Source: Bdellovibrionales bacterium
GTDB taxonomy: Bacteria; Bdellovibrionota; Bdellovibrionia; Bdellovibrionales; UBA840
Length of the DNA: 64,000 nt
Direction of reading: 5' to 3'
Assembly: GCA_045110695.1 (NCBI GenBank)
Contig: JBGCGH010000034.1
Coordinates: 6,233-70,232, forward strand
This document shows positions 63,098-64,000 of the stretch, piece by piece (the first letter of the stretch is position 1; each line of letters begins with the position of its first letter). The notes beneath the pieces were generated by a model. It was not told the origin of the DNA, did no database searches, and saw only the letters and a list, made by a program, of their open reading frames with translations. Made by a program: the position numbers and the translations under genes.

Positions 63098-63837
63098 AAA
63101 CGAAGACCTATGGAGCCAGTATAAGTGCTAACAGACGTCTTTTTAAGTTCTAAGCCGGTGTAATAAGAACCAAACTCCCATACTCCGCCAAAACTAGTTT
63201 CAAACTCGGCAAGCTCTTCTCGCTCCTCGAAATCTGAAGCAGTTACTCCTGAAGAGCTACTCGACACAGCCCCAATCCCGCCAACAAACTTTGCTTTGGA
63301 ACTCAGACTACCAGCACTAAAATAAACCGAACTAGATTCGAAGCTTAAACCAATACTAGCTCTAATTCCTGAGCTTTCACCGATGACCGTGCTATCATAA
63401 TTTACGTTGACGGAGTGAGCTGTAATGCTTGCTGAAATAGGTAGATCCTCAGATTCAAAAAAAGCCCAACGGATACTTCCTCCATAGAGACTTGTTCCTT
63501 TACTACTACTGAATGGGCTCATAGCTAAAAATATATCTACATTGTTATACAAACCTTTTCCAACCGTAATGACATTTAAATTAATATCATTATTGTCTCC
63601 AGTAGCGTCGCCTAAATCTCCTAAGCCTTTGGTATTCAGATTTTCAATTTGCATCCCTAACTGGAGTCCCGTGTAGCCGCCTAGTGGGTAGGGATTGGAT
63701 ACTGACTTCATAGAGGCACCAGAGACTAAACTTTTTATTATTTCTTTGAAATCGTCACCGCTCAAATTGCCAGAGAACTGAAACGCAAAAGTATTGGTAT
63801 AAAATAGGAATATAAAAGAGCTAAGTACTAGTTTCAT
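63094..63837 (-). CDS. outer-membrane beta-barrel protein
   Basis: Signal peptide MKLVLSSFIFLFYTNTFA (start moved to ATG 63837). Gly/Ser-rich alternating strands. C-terminal ...GSIGLRF. Confidence 0.55.
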   Translation of the reverse strand: MKLVLSSFIFLFYTNTFAFQFSGNLSGDDFKEIIKSLVSGASMKSVSNPYPLGGYTGLQLGMQIENLNTKGLGDLGDATGDNNDINLNVITVGKGLYNNVDIFLAMSPFSSSKGTSLYGGSIRWAFFESEDLPISASITAHSVNVNYDSTVIGESSGIRASIGLSFESSSVYFSAGSLSSKAKFVGGIGAVSSSSSGVTASDFEEREELAEFETSFGGVWEFGSYYTGLELKKTSVSTYTGSIGLRF

Positions 63838-64000
63838 TTTCAGCAATCTTCTCGACAATATTAGTCGTTGATCTTCCGTTTACAAACTGAAGAGACCTTA
63901 CATCTCCGCCACGAGCCAAAACAAAATCTGAACCCACTATTTGATCTTTAGACCAATCACCACCCTTGACCAAAACATCTGGCAGTATAGTCTTTATCAG
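63821..64000 (-). CDS. C-terminal 59 codons of D-beta-D-heptose 1-phosphate adenylyltransferase (HldE/RfaE domain II); N-terminus beyond window end
   Basis: Not in the ORF track (open at the edge). Reverse frame reads LIKTILPDVLVKGGDWSKDQIVGSDFVLARGGDVRSLQFVNGRSTTNIVEKI, matching the cytidylyltransferase-fold C-terminus of RfaE/HldE. Confidence 0.75.
   Translation of the reverse strand: MIKTILPDVLVKGGDWSKDQIVGSDFVLARGGDVRSLQFVNGRSTTNIVEKIAENETST

Noticed and set aside
1-64000. Search by eye for tRNA/rRNA genes, CRISPR repeat arrays, IS elements, integrases and phage genes
   Set aside because: I found no tRNA-like T-arm/acceptor patterns, no regularly spaced direct repeats and no transposase- or integrase-like ORFs. 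This was not verified computationally; tRNAscan, Infernal and a CRISPR finder would be decisive.

Overview
Low-GC bacterial chromosome segment. The mix of several short (~275 aa) flagellin paralogues, many secreted or outer-membrane proteins and cell-wall hydrolases suggests a Bdellovibrio-like predatory lineage, but that is inference only. I saw no rRNA, tRNA, CRISPR array, transposase or integrase. Contents, left to right: (1) a division-associated block: yggU, divIVA, proC and a Maf-YggS fusion gene. (2) A six-gene translationally coupled operon: an orphan TadC-like platform protein, DUF192, three membrane proteins carrying four FHA domains, and an unknown protein. (3) An exbB-exbD operon followed by an unknown 462-aa protein and a Zn-ribbon methyltransferase instead of tonB. 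(4) A lipoate block (ybeD-like, lipB, lipA, E2, E3) with no E1 genes. (5) Assorted metabolism and envelope genes, truA and rplM-rpsI. (6) Peptidoglycan hydrolases with a PP2C phosphatase, a TonB-like protein and a run of unknown secreted proteins. (7) A FosA-family gene broken by one in-frame TGA at the conserved Trp position; it is absent from the ORF track. (8) aspC-like, coaD, rsmD. (9) A flagellar filament region: fliD-fliS, three flagellin genes, a flaG-like gene and a PilZ gene. This region has three strong sigma-28 promoter matches and two perfect sigma-54 promoter matches. The most interesting candidate is a sigma-54-driven, overlapping-gene operon just downstream of fliD-fliS. It encodes a TPR protein, a Maf-N-terminal-like protein and two GT9 (heptosyltransferase-type) proteins with long C-terminal extensions. 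I propose it is a non-canonical flagellin glycosylation system. The second candidate is the TadC/DUF192/FHA operon. All functional calls come from motif recognition by eye; no database search was run.
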